The notes: generated by a model from the sequence alone, not told the origin. A stretch of 64,000 nucleotides of DNA from a virus (IMGVR_UViG_3300022932_000015:1-64000), one strand, 5' to 3'. Shown: positions 51,491 through 60,231, numbered from the stretch's first letter. Made by a program: numbers and translations.

Positions 51491-52434
51491 AAGTATTTAT
51501 TTTTTAAGTTTATACTATTACAATGAGATAACCATCCATTGTAGCTTGCTATTGATTTTTTATTATTATTTTTCCTGATCATTCTTATAAATCTTAGTTT
51601 TATACTCTTTCTCAGTAAAATATGTGTATGATAAGATTTATATCCAAGGAAATCTATTCCTCTAGATTTTACAGGAAATATTTGATAATTTGATTTTATT
51701 TTAAGTTTCAAATTTACATTTAGATATTGCTCTATCAAATGTAATATTCTGTGTAATTCTTGTTTATTGCTTCCCAATATAACTAAATCATCACAATATC
51801 TAAAATAGTATTTTACTTTTAAAGTTTCTTTAATCCAATGATCAAAATAGCTTAAATAAAAATTAGCAAAATATTGAGATAGATAATTTCCAATAGGTTG
51901 TCCTTTACAACTATCTATTATATTACTCAATAAACTCAGTAGATTTTTATCTTTAAATTTCTTGAGTAATAATTCTTTTAAAATATCGTTATCAATGTTT
52001 GGGTAGAACTTTTTGATATCTAATTTTAAGCAGTATTGAGTCTCCTCTTTGTTTTTTAATGCTTTATTTAGAGAATTTAGACCTTTGTGTATACCTCTAT
52101 TCTTTATACAGTTATAAGTATCTTTAGTAAATGTTGATACAAATATAGGTTCTAAAATATTCATTATAGCATGATGTACTATTCTATCTGGGTAATAGGG
52201 TAACTTATATATTTCCCTTTCTTTTGGATCAAAAATTGTGAATATTTTGTATTCTGACGTGTTATAGTTATTGTTTAATAGTATTTGATTTAAATTTAAT
52301 ATATTATTATCATAGTTCTTGTCAAATTCTATTACGTCTTTATTTTTAGATTTACCAATTCTAGCCTTTTTATCGGCTAGTATTAAATTATCTATATCAC
52401 AAATTTTATTATATAAGTTACCTATTCGTTTCAT
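51487..52434 (-). CDS. DGR reverse transcriptase
   Basis: KEREI, DRIVHHA, KLDIKKFY, GQPIGNYLSQ (DGR-type SQ), YFRYCDD, DFLGY; 315 aa with no maturase or endonuclease domain. Confidence 0.95.
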   Translation of the reverse strand: MKRIGNLYNKICDIDNLILADKKARIGKSKNKDVIEFDKNYDNNILNLNQILLNNNYNTSEYKIFTIFDPKEREIYKLPYYPDRIVHHAIMNILEPIFVSTFTKDTYNCIKNRGIHKGLNSLNKALKNKEETQYCLKLDIKKFYPNIDNDILKELLLKKFKDKNLLSLLSNIIDSCKGQPIGNYLSQYFANFYLSYFDHWIKETLKVKYYFRYCDDLVILGSNKQELHRILHLIEQYLNVNLKLKIKSNYQIFPVKSRGIDFLGYKSYHTHILLRKSIKLRFIRMIRKNNNKKSIASYNGWLSHCNSINLKNKYL

Positions 52435-52532
52435 CTTATACTTCTTAAGTCTCTTTCAATAGTTTACTAAAGACTCTTTAAGTTTGTTATCTTTTACCCA
52501 GTGGTATGGTTAATACTAATTAGTCTAAAATA
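52435..52532 (-). ncRNA. DGR spacer RNA 1 (Sp1)
   Basis: Between TR1 and the RT start; hairpins at 52495-52506 and 52448-52475. Confidence 0.75.
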
Positions 52533-52591
52533 TAATAAGTAGAGTAGTTAGAATTGACATTATAGTTGTTCACGTTATTCAGTACCTAACT
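52533..52591 (-). repeat. DGR template repeat TR1
   Basis: 59 nt ungapped versus VR1; 15 mismatches, all at TR adenines. Confidence 0.95.
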
Positions 52592-52604
52592 AAAACATTT
52601 AGTA

Positions 52605-52958
52605 TTAACCTAAATATGAATTGTATAATTTTATAAGCTCATTTGCCATCACTCTTGCTGTATCTTCTTTCTTATAATAGTAAGAAGCAGAGAAGTGAGA
52701 AGTGACACAATAGCTGTACACGCTACCCAGCACCCAACCATCTTCTTTAGAAAATCTAAAATATGGTAGATACTTATATTCATTACCATTGTTAAAGTCT
52801 GGTTCCCATATTTTGTCATCATTATCTAGATAGTTTTTTGCTTTGATTATCGTCTCTAAACTGTAAGATATCCAATCTTTCTTCCTTCTAAATTGATGTT
52901 CTACATATCTTTGATGACCAACTTTAAATAATATTTTCTCAGCTTCTTCTAAACTCAT
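52605..52958 (-). CDS. DGR target protein 1
   Basis: Contains VR1 (GWVLGSVYSYCVTSHFSAS). Confidence 0.92.
   Translation of the reverse strand: MSLEEAEKILFKVGHQRYVEHQFRRKKDWISYSLETIIKAKNYLDNDDKIWEPDFNNGNEYKYLPYFRFSKEDGWVLGSVYSYCVTSHFSASYYYKKEDTARVMANELIKLYNSYLG
52681..52739 (-). repeat. DGR variable repeat VR1
   Basis: Matches TR1 except at 15 adenine positions. Confidence 0.95.
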
Positions 52959-52963
52959 AATTA

Positions 52964-53359
52964 TTATTTTTCAGATTTTTCCTCTTTACTTAATTCTTTG
53001 ATTTGTTTATCTAAGAATGATGAGACTAACTCACTTGTTTGAGAAGGTATTTTACATATGCTTGTATCCTTTGATATCCAATCAATAGTCTTGCCCCCAG
53101 CTATAATTAATATTGCTTCATTTTTAGATGGTGTGAGAGTTATGCCTATTATTGCAATACCAATTAGAATAAATGCCCATATTATTTTCCATCTGTTCTT
53201 TCTAGTGTATATCTCATTATCATCTCCCTCTATATGATTTATAAACTTTATAAAGTAGAATAGTACCATCATTGCTATCCCTATAGTTAATATAGCATTG
53301 AACATTCCATTTAAAGAATCTAGCCTTGTTAGCCAATATAATTTCCAATATATATTCAT
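52964..53359 (-). CDS. Membrane protein
   Basis: YWLTRLD followed by two TM helices and TPS. Confidence 0.7.
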   Translation of the reverse strand: MNIYWKLYWLTRLDSLNGMFNAILTIGIAMMVLFYFIKFINHIEGDDNEIYTRKNRWKIIWAFILIGIAIIGITLTPSKNEAILIIAGGKTIDWISKDTSICKIPSQTSELVSSFLDKQIKELSKEEKSEK

Positions 53360-53383
53360 ATTTTTATGTTTTAGTTGTTTTTA

Positions 53384-53572
53384 TTAATTTTCATTGTACA
53401 TTGATATATACTCTATTATTAAGGCTATCATTATCAGTGGTAATCCTAATACGCATATTGTTAACATTAACATCACGGAGTAAAATACATTAAAGTCTTC
53501 TAGTATATCGAAGACAAATAGTCCTAGTATAAAGAAATTTAATGCAAAGTAAATTGTTATCATTATTTCCAT
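53384..53572 (-). CDS. Small membrane protein
   Basis: Two hydrophobic segments. Confidence 0.55.
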   Translation of the reverse strand: MEIMITIYFALNFFILGLFVFDILEDFNVFYSVMLMLTICVLGLPLIMIALIIEYISMYNEN

Positions 53573-53689
53573 ATTTCATTTTTAAATTGTTATTAATGGT
53601 TATTATAATAAACCCCTCTAGGAAACTGGAATAACCTAAAGGGTTTATTATACTGAAAGTAAGCTTAGATAAGCTTTACTTCTTTGTTG

Positions 53690-53760
53690 ATGCTCTACTA
53701 GGACTCGAACCTAGATTAATTCCCGAGAGGAATTCTCCTATCCAGTTAGAGGATAGAGCA
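53690..53760 (-). tRNA. Atypical tRNA / pseudo-tRNA (Glu-CUC reading possible; anticodon arm shortened)
   Basis: TGCTCTA/TAGAGCA acceptor, CTAGG-TTCGAGT-CCTAG T-arm, D-loop with GG. Confidence 0.7.
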
Positions 53761-53801
53761 CACATTACATGGCTATAATATTAATTAACTATCTAATTGA
53801 A

Positions 53802-54254
53802 TTATGCATTCAATTTAGCTTTTGAAGCTAAAGAACTAGATACAACTGGTTCTGAGATGCTATCATGTTTGATAAATACATCTTCTACATCTGCATCTTC
53901 AGTGTATTCTGTTTTGAAGTAGATTTGAGCTCCACCTTTTAAACACATACCACCATCTGGTCCTGCTTGTTTAGGTTTCATACCTAACTCTTGAGTTAAT
54001 GATTCAGTAGTTACAATTCTTCCAGGTAATTCTAATCCATCGTGGATCTCACCTAATTGAACTGCCTTCATTGCATCATCATAGTTTACTGTTTTTAAAG
54101 CAGATTTAACTTTTCCTCCTGCTACTGCTGATCCAAATGAGAATTTTCTTTCTTCAATGCGGATGTAACCATACTGTTTACCATCTTTACCTAATTCTGG
54201 ATTTTTTGTTACGATTACACCTGTTGTTGGGTTTGCTGTGATTCTTACTGACAT
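53802..54254 (-). CDS. Hypothetical beta-rich protein (possible OB fold)
   Basis: YGYIR, LPGRIV..ES, K.AG..G..C..GG..IY. Confidence 0.6.
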   Translation of the reverse strand: MSVRITANPTTGVIVTKNPELGKDGKQYGYIRIEERKFSFGSAVAGGKVKSALKTVNYDDAMKAVQLGEIHDGLELPGRIVTTESLTQELGMKPKQAGPDGGMCLKGGAQIYFKTEYTEDADVEDVFIKHDSISEPVVSSSLASKAKLNA

Positions 54255-54429
54255 GATTTCTTGTTTTTGATTGTTTATAAATTGTTTATTTGTTGTTTGA
54301 TATAATTATACTCCTATATCAAGAGTAATAAAAATTAGCTAATATATCACGTAGATTGTTGGATGTGTTTAGATCTTATTATAAAGATGATTTGAACAAT
54401 TGTAATATATCTAGCTAATTTTTAAATGC

Positions 54430-54828
54430 TTATAGTAAATACTTTGTAAAAGTCTGGAGAGTATTATCATACTTTATTCCTCCTGCTATTACATTTCCTG
54501 GTTCGCTTAATTTTATACCTGATATTATATACCATTTATCTATTGGCGCATTCGTATCAATATATATTGTTTTAGATCTGTTTTTATAGCTAACTGTTAC
54601 TTCATATACAGAATTATACTCTAATACTGCTATGAAATTGTTGTTAATCATCATATTAGATGAACTATTATTAGTTTTGTTTACTATTAATAATTCAAAC
54701 TCTTCTGAGTCTATAAATTTATTATCCACTTTTATACTTAAGTCAAGTTTTATAGTTTGTCCTATACTATTGAAGGATAATGCTACTAATGTGATTATTA
54801 GCATTAATGAAGTCATCATTTTTTTCAT
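54430..54828 (-). CDS. Secreted protein with Sec signal peptide
   Basis: MKK + hydrophobic core + G/Q cleavage-like site. Confidence 0.65.
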   Translation of the reverse strand: MKKMMTSLMLIITLVALSFNSIGQTIKLDLSIKVDNKFIDSEEFELLIVNKTNNSSSNMMINNNFIAVLEYNSVYEVTVSYKNRSKTIYIDTNAPIDKWYIISGIKLSEPGNVIAGGIKYDNTLQTFTKYLL

Positions 54829-55057
54829 TGGTTATTGTTTGTTTATGAGTTGTTAATTGAAGATTGCTAGGTGAATGTACATGTTTTGTGCTAATGTATG
54901 CTGTATCCATGACATTGAGTACCTTTCACTTGGTGTTCTGTCTAATGCGTTCATGGGTTTATTGTTTAATTGTTGTTTGAAAACCTATTATATACCCATA
55001 AACATTAAAGAATTTCATTTCTAATGATTTACAATGGAATATATAATAGGCACTATT

Positions 55058-55390
55058 TTAGTTTAGATATACTTTCCTAGAAGATTTTATTGTTCTATCT
55101 AGTGTATATACATTGTTGTTTTCATATTTCTTTAAAGCCGTAATTAGATTATGATTGAATCTTAATACATCTCTTCTTAGATGTTCTTCTTTGGCTTCAT
55201 TCTCTAATCTTTTAGTTCTTGTAAATTCTACGTACTCTAATCTGTTTAGAGTTTGGCTAATTTCTTCACCTTTGTAGTTCTTTGCTTTTACTACTTCGTA
55301 TTGCACATCTTTGTTTTTCTCTGATCCATGTACTGGAACTATTGATGTACCTAGAAATATTGTTGTTGCTATGAATTTATGTTTTCTCAT
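55058..55390 (-). CDS. Hypothetical protein
   Basis: ORF between two hairpins. Confidence 0.6.
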   Translation of the reverse strand: MRKHKFIATTIFLGTSIVPVHGSEKNKDVQYEVVKAKNYKGEEISQTLNRLEYVEFTRTKRLENEAKEEHLRRDVLRFNHNLITALKKYENNNVYTLDRTIKSSRKVYLN

Positions 55391-56177
55391 ATTATTTATA
55401 TTAGTTATGTATTTGAAAAGTAGCTCTAACTACTTGTTGATTAGACTTTCGTTAGAGCTTGAAACTTTTATAAATCTTTAGTTTGGACTTACTGGTGCAA
55501 AGAATTATAGAACCACCTCACGTATAGTATTCTTGTCTAATTATCACATCAGATTCAAACCTAACTATCTTCTTTATAGTCCCATTGGAATATTTGATCC
55601 AACTACTAATATGCTTGTCATTTCTCCTGTTTGAGGATGTTGTACAATTTCATTGTATTTTACTACATTGTTTAAGGCTTTCATAAGACATTGTTTTAGA
55701 TTGTTTATATTTGTTGAATTGTATTGTTTATCTCTGGTTTTTACACTGATACCTCATTTGGCCTGGTCGCTGTTTTTATTGATCGAGTATTAGTGTCATC
55801 AAATCTACTTAACCCCTTATATGTTTGAATATTTGCAGTAGTTGAAAGTTAAGTTGCTACCTTTGAAGTAGCGAGATATTGATTATTATTTAATAAGTGT
55901 GCTGAATACTTGTTTTTACACTATTAACGACTTCTTATTAAATTTTTTTTAATGTTATTACCTGTCCGATTTCTAAGCGGAATAAAAAGATATAACCAAT
56001 CACCTCCATGTTAAGATTTAATACCGTCAAACGGAACACTTTGGAGCATTTTAAATTGAAATTATATCTATTATCTTTACACAGAACAACGACTACTTAG
56101 ATTAGTCTATAAGATACAAGATTTTATTCTTATACAATTTATATTTATTACTGTTCTGCTTCAAGCAGGTAAATGTG

Positions 56178-56483
56178 TTATATATTATCTCTTAGTATTA
56201 AGAGTTCAATATCACAATATTTTGAGCATTCACCTACAAATCTTTTGTTATCATATATTTTAATAGTATCTATGTGAATATCTAATTGATAATCTCTTAG
56301 ATGTACAAAATCTTTATGATGACTGAAATTTACTCTGAATGTATCATCTTGTAATTTACAATTGAATACATCTGATGAATCAGAATATCTAAATTCTTCT
56401 GGAAGATCTAATATTGGTTGTTTTGGTTGTTGTTTACAACTAACTAGTATTGTAATTAGGAGTAATGTTAATATTGTTTTCAT
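56178..56483 (-). CDS. Putative lipoprotein
   Basis: MKT + hydrophobic core + LVSC lipobox. Confidence 0.65.
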   Translation of the reverse strand: MKTILTLLLITILVSCKQQPKQPILDLPEEFRYSDSSDVFNCKLQDDTFRVNFSHHKDFVHLRDYQLDIHIDTIKIYDNKRFVGECSKYCDIELLILRDNI

Positions 56484-57143
56484 AGTTTTATAGTATTATT
56501 GATTAATAATTCATTTATGATTTGATCAAGGACAGTATAATAGAGTTATTATAGTAGATATTATTGCTTTAATTGTTAGTAATATTCTTGTTTTTTTATC
56601 AAACGATTCATAGAGCTCTATTAGTTTTATTCTATTTGGCCAATCTGTCATTATTGAAAATAGAAACATTATTGTTAATGTTATCATCTTATTTGATTTA
56701 GCTATATTATTATTAGTGAATTGTAATATTGTGATTGTTGTTAAAGTGATGATTTGCTGGGTGTGAGTACAGTGCCAATCAATTGAACACTTAAATTACC
56801 AATCAAATCACTCTAAACTAATTAATTAGACTAATAGTCTCCTACCAATTTAGTAGGAGCTATTAATAGTGTTAAGATAAATAGATTATAGCATCACCTT
56901 CAAGTTTAATCCAAAGACTGTGTAATTCTTTTAATGGAAATAGAGTATATTTAGGGTCAGATGGTGTTTCATCATTAGTAAATCCTATTAAATAATGTCT
57001 ATCTCCAGCTTCTGTGTGTAATAAGATTGCATATTTCATGGTAGTTTATGTTTAATAGTTAATAATAGGTTAGTTACAAAATCCCCAAGCCAGTATCACA
57101 AAAGTTACTCTGGTCATGGGGATTTTTTCTGCAATCGTTCACT

Positions 57144-57590
57144 TTACAGCTTTTTTAAGTGTATTAGTTTACCACTTTTAGTCTTTATTATAGTCTCATT
57201 ATTACTTGCAGAGTAATTAAAAGACAGATATAGCTCTTTTCTATATACACTATCAATTATATCTAGTGATGTATTTACATACTCTAGTTTATATTTTAAT
57301 GTATCTTTTATTGAGCTATATGGATTGTGGTAAAATCCTTTGAATTTGTATTCAAATTTTGCGTCAGCCATTATTGTATCTGTTACTCCAGCTGGATTAT
57401 ATATAAATTGATATATCCCCTCAAGGCAAGCTCCATACTCTCCACATTTTGAGATTGGTTTCTCTATTTGTGGTGTATTTGGTTCTTCAATAGGCTTAAT
57501 TTCTTTTTTCTTGCAGCTAATCATTGTACATAACATCATTAATATTATACAGCTTATGATTAGGTTTAGTATTAACAATAGTTTTTTCAT
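57144..57590 (-). CDS. Putative lipoprotein
   Basis: MKK + hydrophobic core + ISC-KKKE. Confidence 0.65.
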   Translation of the reverse strand: MKKLLLILNLIISCIILMMLCTMISCKKKEIKPIEEPNTPQIEKPISKCGEYGACLEGIYQFIYNPAGVTDTIMADAKFEYKFKGFYHNPYSSIKDTLKYKLEYVNTSLDIIDSVYRKELYLSFNYSASNNETIIKTKSGKLIHLKKL

Positions 57591-57707
57591 GATTTCTAGT
57601 TTTTAAGAAGCTTATTATTCTATCATATGTGTATGGAAACAAATTGGCATATTAGTCTCTGGACTTCACATGAGTTGAATAATAAGCTATATTTTATTAA
57701 GAGTAGT

Positions 57708-57974
57708 CTAATATTGTGTATCTGCTAATTGGAGTGATTTTAGGGAAGATTGAATACCTGCAGTTTTGACTGCAAATAAAACTGTTTTTATTTCACTAAT
57801 TAATTGATTATCAGCAATTTTATTGTTTGATACATTATTTATCTCTCTTTTTGTCATTCCAAATAACTCTTTGTAGATATTATTTATCCTATGTTCTACA
57901 GGTTTTGTATAAATAGGTAATTTAGTAGCTCTATCAATAATAGGCTTACCATTTTTAGATAATAATTGACTCAT
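57708..57974 (-). CDS. Hypothetical protein
   Basis: ORF between hairpins. Confidence 0.6.
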   Translation of the reverse strand: MSQLLSKNGKPIIDRATKLPIYTKPVEHRINNIYKELFGMTKREINNVSNNKIADNQLISEIKTVLFAVKTAGIQSSLKSLQLADTQY

Positions 57975-58082
57975 GTTTTCCAGTTTTAGTTGATTAATAA
58001 GTAATTAGCTACTAACAATATACTACTATATGTAAAAGAGATATGATAGAGCGTAGTATGTTGAGAGTAGCTAATGTGTGAG

Positions 58083-58283
58083 TTATAGAATAGAGAACTC
58101 CAAGAATATTGTATCACCAGTGTAATGAGCTTTAAGTAAATCAGGATGTAGTTGATCTTTACTAATTGCTTCATAGTCCTCAGGTAGGATAATTACTGGT
58201 ATATCTTGGACTTTAGTTTGTTGTATAGCCCAACATGTGAATGCTATACAGAATATCAGGAATAGGCAGATTATAGTTTTCAT
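58083..58283 (-). CDS. Small exported/membrane-anchored protein
   Basis: N-terminal hydrophobic segment; LPED..DT resembles 56178..56483. Confidence 0.55.
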   Translation of the reverse strand: MKTIICLFLIFCIAFTCWAIQQTKVQDIPVIILPEDYEAISKDQLHPDLLKAHYTGDTIFLEFSIL

Positions 58284-58378
58284 AATATTAGTATTAATGT
58301 GTTAATAATAACTCCTAACCTGCTAGTTTGCACTCACTCCTCAGAGAGGAAACAAGCATATTGGTTAGGAGTATGTGA

Positions 58379-58645
58379 TTAAGCTAGGTGTAACCATTTA
58401 CCCATGAATACTTCACCAGATTGAGGATTAATCATCTCATGGTCTTGTACTTTGTATAATGGGAATAGCTCTGATTCTTGTATCTTAGTGCCAACATCTA
58501 CTTGCTTAGAGCCAGAGATATAGTAGGTTTCTTTCTTTACTTTGTCTCCAAAGATAGCACTTTTAATGATAGTCTCTGCTTGTAATTTAGTTACAAATCC
58601 TCCTTTGCTGTTAGGATTAGATTGAGTTGCCACAAATGTTTTCAT
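58379..58645 (-). CDS. Hypothetical protein, first gene of the leftward unit
   Basis: ORF next to the strand switch. Confidence 0.65.
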   Translation of the reverse strand: MKTFVATQSNPNSKGGFVTKLQAETIIKSAIFGDKVKKETYYISGSKQVDVGTKIQESELFPLYKVQDHEMINPQSGEVFMGKWLHLA

Positions 58646-58762
58646 AATTTCCAGTTATTAATACGTTGTATAGGAAACCATTTTCCTACAAAGTTTAGTA
58701 GGGGTAGTGTTTATTGGAGTGTTCTGAATAAACATATTCACAAAAAATTTTTAAAAAATTTA

Positions 58763-58794
58763 TTTGGTAGTTATATTATTAATGGCTACTTTTG
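58763..58794 (+). promoter_or_regulatory. Bacteroidota consensus promoter for the rightward operon
   Basis: TTTG(58763)-N20-TACTTTTG(58787). Confidence 0.75.
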
Positions 58795-58837
58795 CTAGTA
58801 TAAAAATATAACAAAATTTTACTTAATAAAACAACCA

Positions 58838-59158
58838 ATGGAAAGAGAAGAAGCAATTGCTTTAGAAACAAAGCTTAGAAACAAGTTAAATGATATTGCC
58901 TATACATATTATAAAGAACCAAAGGATGAGGGTGTAGTAATACTAAGCTCTCTGTACCAAGAAGCTTTAAAACATTGTATGACAAGTTATACTATAGTAG
59001 GAGAAACTCTAGTAAAAGATAGTCCAAATAGTTCAGACAAAAGTATAGCTACATATACTGGGTTAAATGGATGTAAGTATATTTTGATCTTCACAGACAC
59101 TAAAGATACTGATAAATTTAAAGTATACATGAATCTTGATATAGATAAAAATGGCTAG
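58838..59158 (+). CDS. Hypothetical protein
   Basis: First ORF after the promoter. Confidence 0.65.
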   Translation: MEREEAIALETKLRNKLNDIAYTYYKEPKDEGVVILSSLYQEALKHCMTSYTIVGETLVKDSPNSSDKSIATYTGLNGCKYILIFTDTKDTDKFKVYMNLDIDKNG

Positions 59159-59321
59159 TACATCAGAATACGAACAACATCAATTTTTTAAAATGTCTAA
59201 ACAAGAAATCAGAATTAAGGAATTGGTAAATCTTTTAAAGATAAATGCTAGAAGAACAGATAATACTAAAAAGACTATTAATATTGTAATAGAATTAATG
59301 AATTTATATTATGAAAAATAA
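59151..59321 (+). CDS. Small hypothetical protein (56 aa, not in ORF track)
   Basis: MASTSEYEQHQF...; overlaps both neighbours. Confidence 0.55.
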   Translation: MASTSEYEQHQFFKMSKQEIRIKELVNLLKINARRTDNTKKTINIVIELMNLYYEK

Positions 59322-59757
59322 ATATTATACACCAGAATTAGAAGAATTTCATATAGGATTTGAATATGAAGTCTTAATGGTATTAGATCAAGATACTTGG
59401 GATAATACAAAAATAAGCAAAGAAGGATTTAATCAGAACTTTGATAGAATCTTAAATCATCCAGAACAATGTAGAGTTAAATATCTAGATAAAGAAGATA
59501 TTGAAAGCTTTGGTTTCAGGAGAAATGGCAGATCAATAGATGATTGGTATTATCTAAACAAAACAGTAGAAAGAGCTTTATCAGCTCATAGAGATTACAG
59601 TATATCTATACAACATGATTTTGATACAAATCAAGGAATAGTAATTAGAGGTTTTGAATGGGAGGATTTAAAAGGAACAGAAGAAACGTTATATAGAGGA
59701 ACTTGCAAGAATAAATCAGAATTTAAAAAACTAATGAAACAACTAAACATATGCTAA
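59311..59757 (+). CDS. Hypothetical phage protein
   Basis: KYYTP..EEFH.GFEYE, RVKYLD.EDIES.G, KNKSE. Confidence 0.7.
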   Translation: MKNKYYTPELEEFHIGFEYEVLMVLDQDTWDNTKISKEGFNQNFDRILNHPEQCRVKYLDKEDIESFGFRRNGRSIDDWYYLNKTVERALSAHRDYSISIQHDFDTNQGIVIRGFEWEDLKGTEETLYRGTCKNKSEFKKLMKQLNIC

Positions 59758-59999
59758 CAAAACAAATCCTATATGATTTAGGGTGGGTAGAACATTCTGA
59801 TAGTTCAAAAGGACATCTTAATACTATTTATTTTCTAAATGAGTATGTATTAGATGTAATTCCAGAACCTACTTTAAATAGTAAAGAGTATATAATTAGG
59901 TTATCAAGAAAAGAAGATTATAATAATGCTTTCTATAAGGAATTATTTACAGATAAAGACACATTAGAATACACAATGAAACAATTAAATATAATATAA
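59751..59999 (+). CDS. Hypothetical protein
   Basis: Resembles the C-terminal half of the previous gene (L....L..LGW...MKQLNI). Confidence 0.6.
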   Translation: MLTKQILYDLGWVEHSDSSKGHLNTIYFLNEYVLDVIPEPTLNSKEYIIRLSRKEDYNNAFYKELFTDKDTLEYTMKQLNII

Positions 60000-60211
60000 T
60001 GAACACTTATTCAAAGAATTTCAAAGATTACCAAATTAAGTATGTGACTTATGAAGATGGTAAAAAAGTAATACACCTAAAAATGGGTGTAAAGAAAAGA
60101 TGGTATGGAGATCATTTGAATTATGATAGTATGAGTCAGATAATCAATATAGATACAATCTTCAAGCTAAATGAAGCTCATAAAAGATTAAAAAAAGAAG
60201 AAGAATACTAG
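59999..60211 (+). CDS. Hypothetical protein
   Basis: Coupled ORF. Confidence 0.55.
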   Translation: MNTYSKNFKDYQIKYVTYEDGKKVIHLKMGVKKRWYGDHLNYDSMSQIINIDTIFKLNEAHKRLKKEEEY

Positions 60212-60231
60212 GTTTTCTAAGAAAAAATGCT

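Larger units (their letters stand above)
50856..52958 (-). mobile_element. Dual-template diversity-generating retroelement (target1-TR1-Sp1-RT-target2-TR2-Sp2)
   Basis: DGR-type RT plus two TR/VR pairs differing only at TR adenines. Confidence 0.95.

Noticed and set aside
51487-52434. RT as a group II intron, retron or Abi RT
   Set aside because: It is short with an SQ motif, lacks maturase and endonuclease domains, and has two adenine-specific TR/VR pairs.
52964-53359. 131-aa gene upstream of the DGR as Avd
   Set aside because: The size fits, but it has two clear TM segments, unlike soluble helical Avd.
53573-58700. CRISPR array or direct-repeat array in the intergenic-rich region
   Set aside because: Only sequence-unrelated inverted repeats were seen, with no regularly spaced direct repeats.
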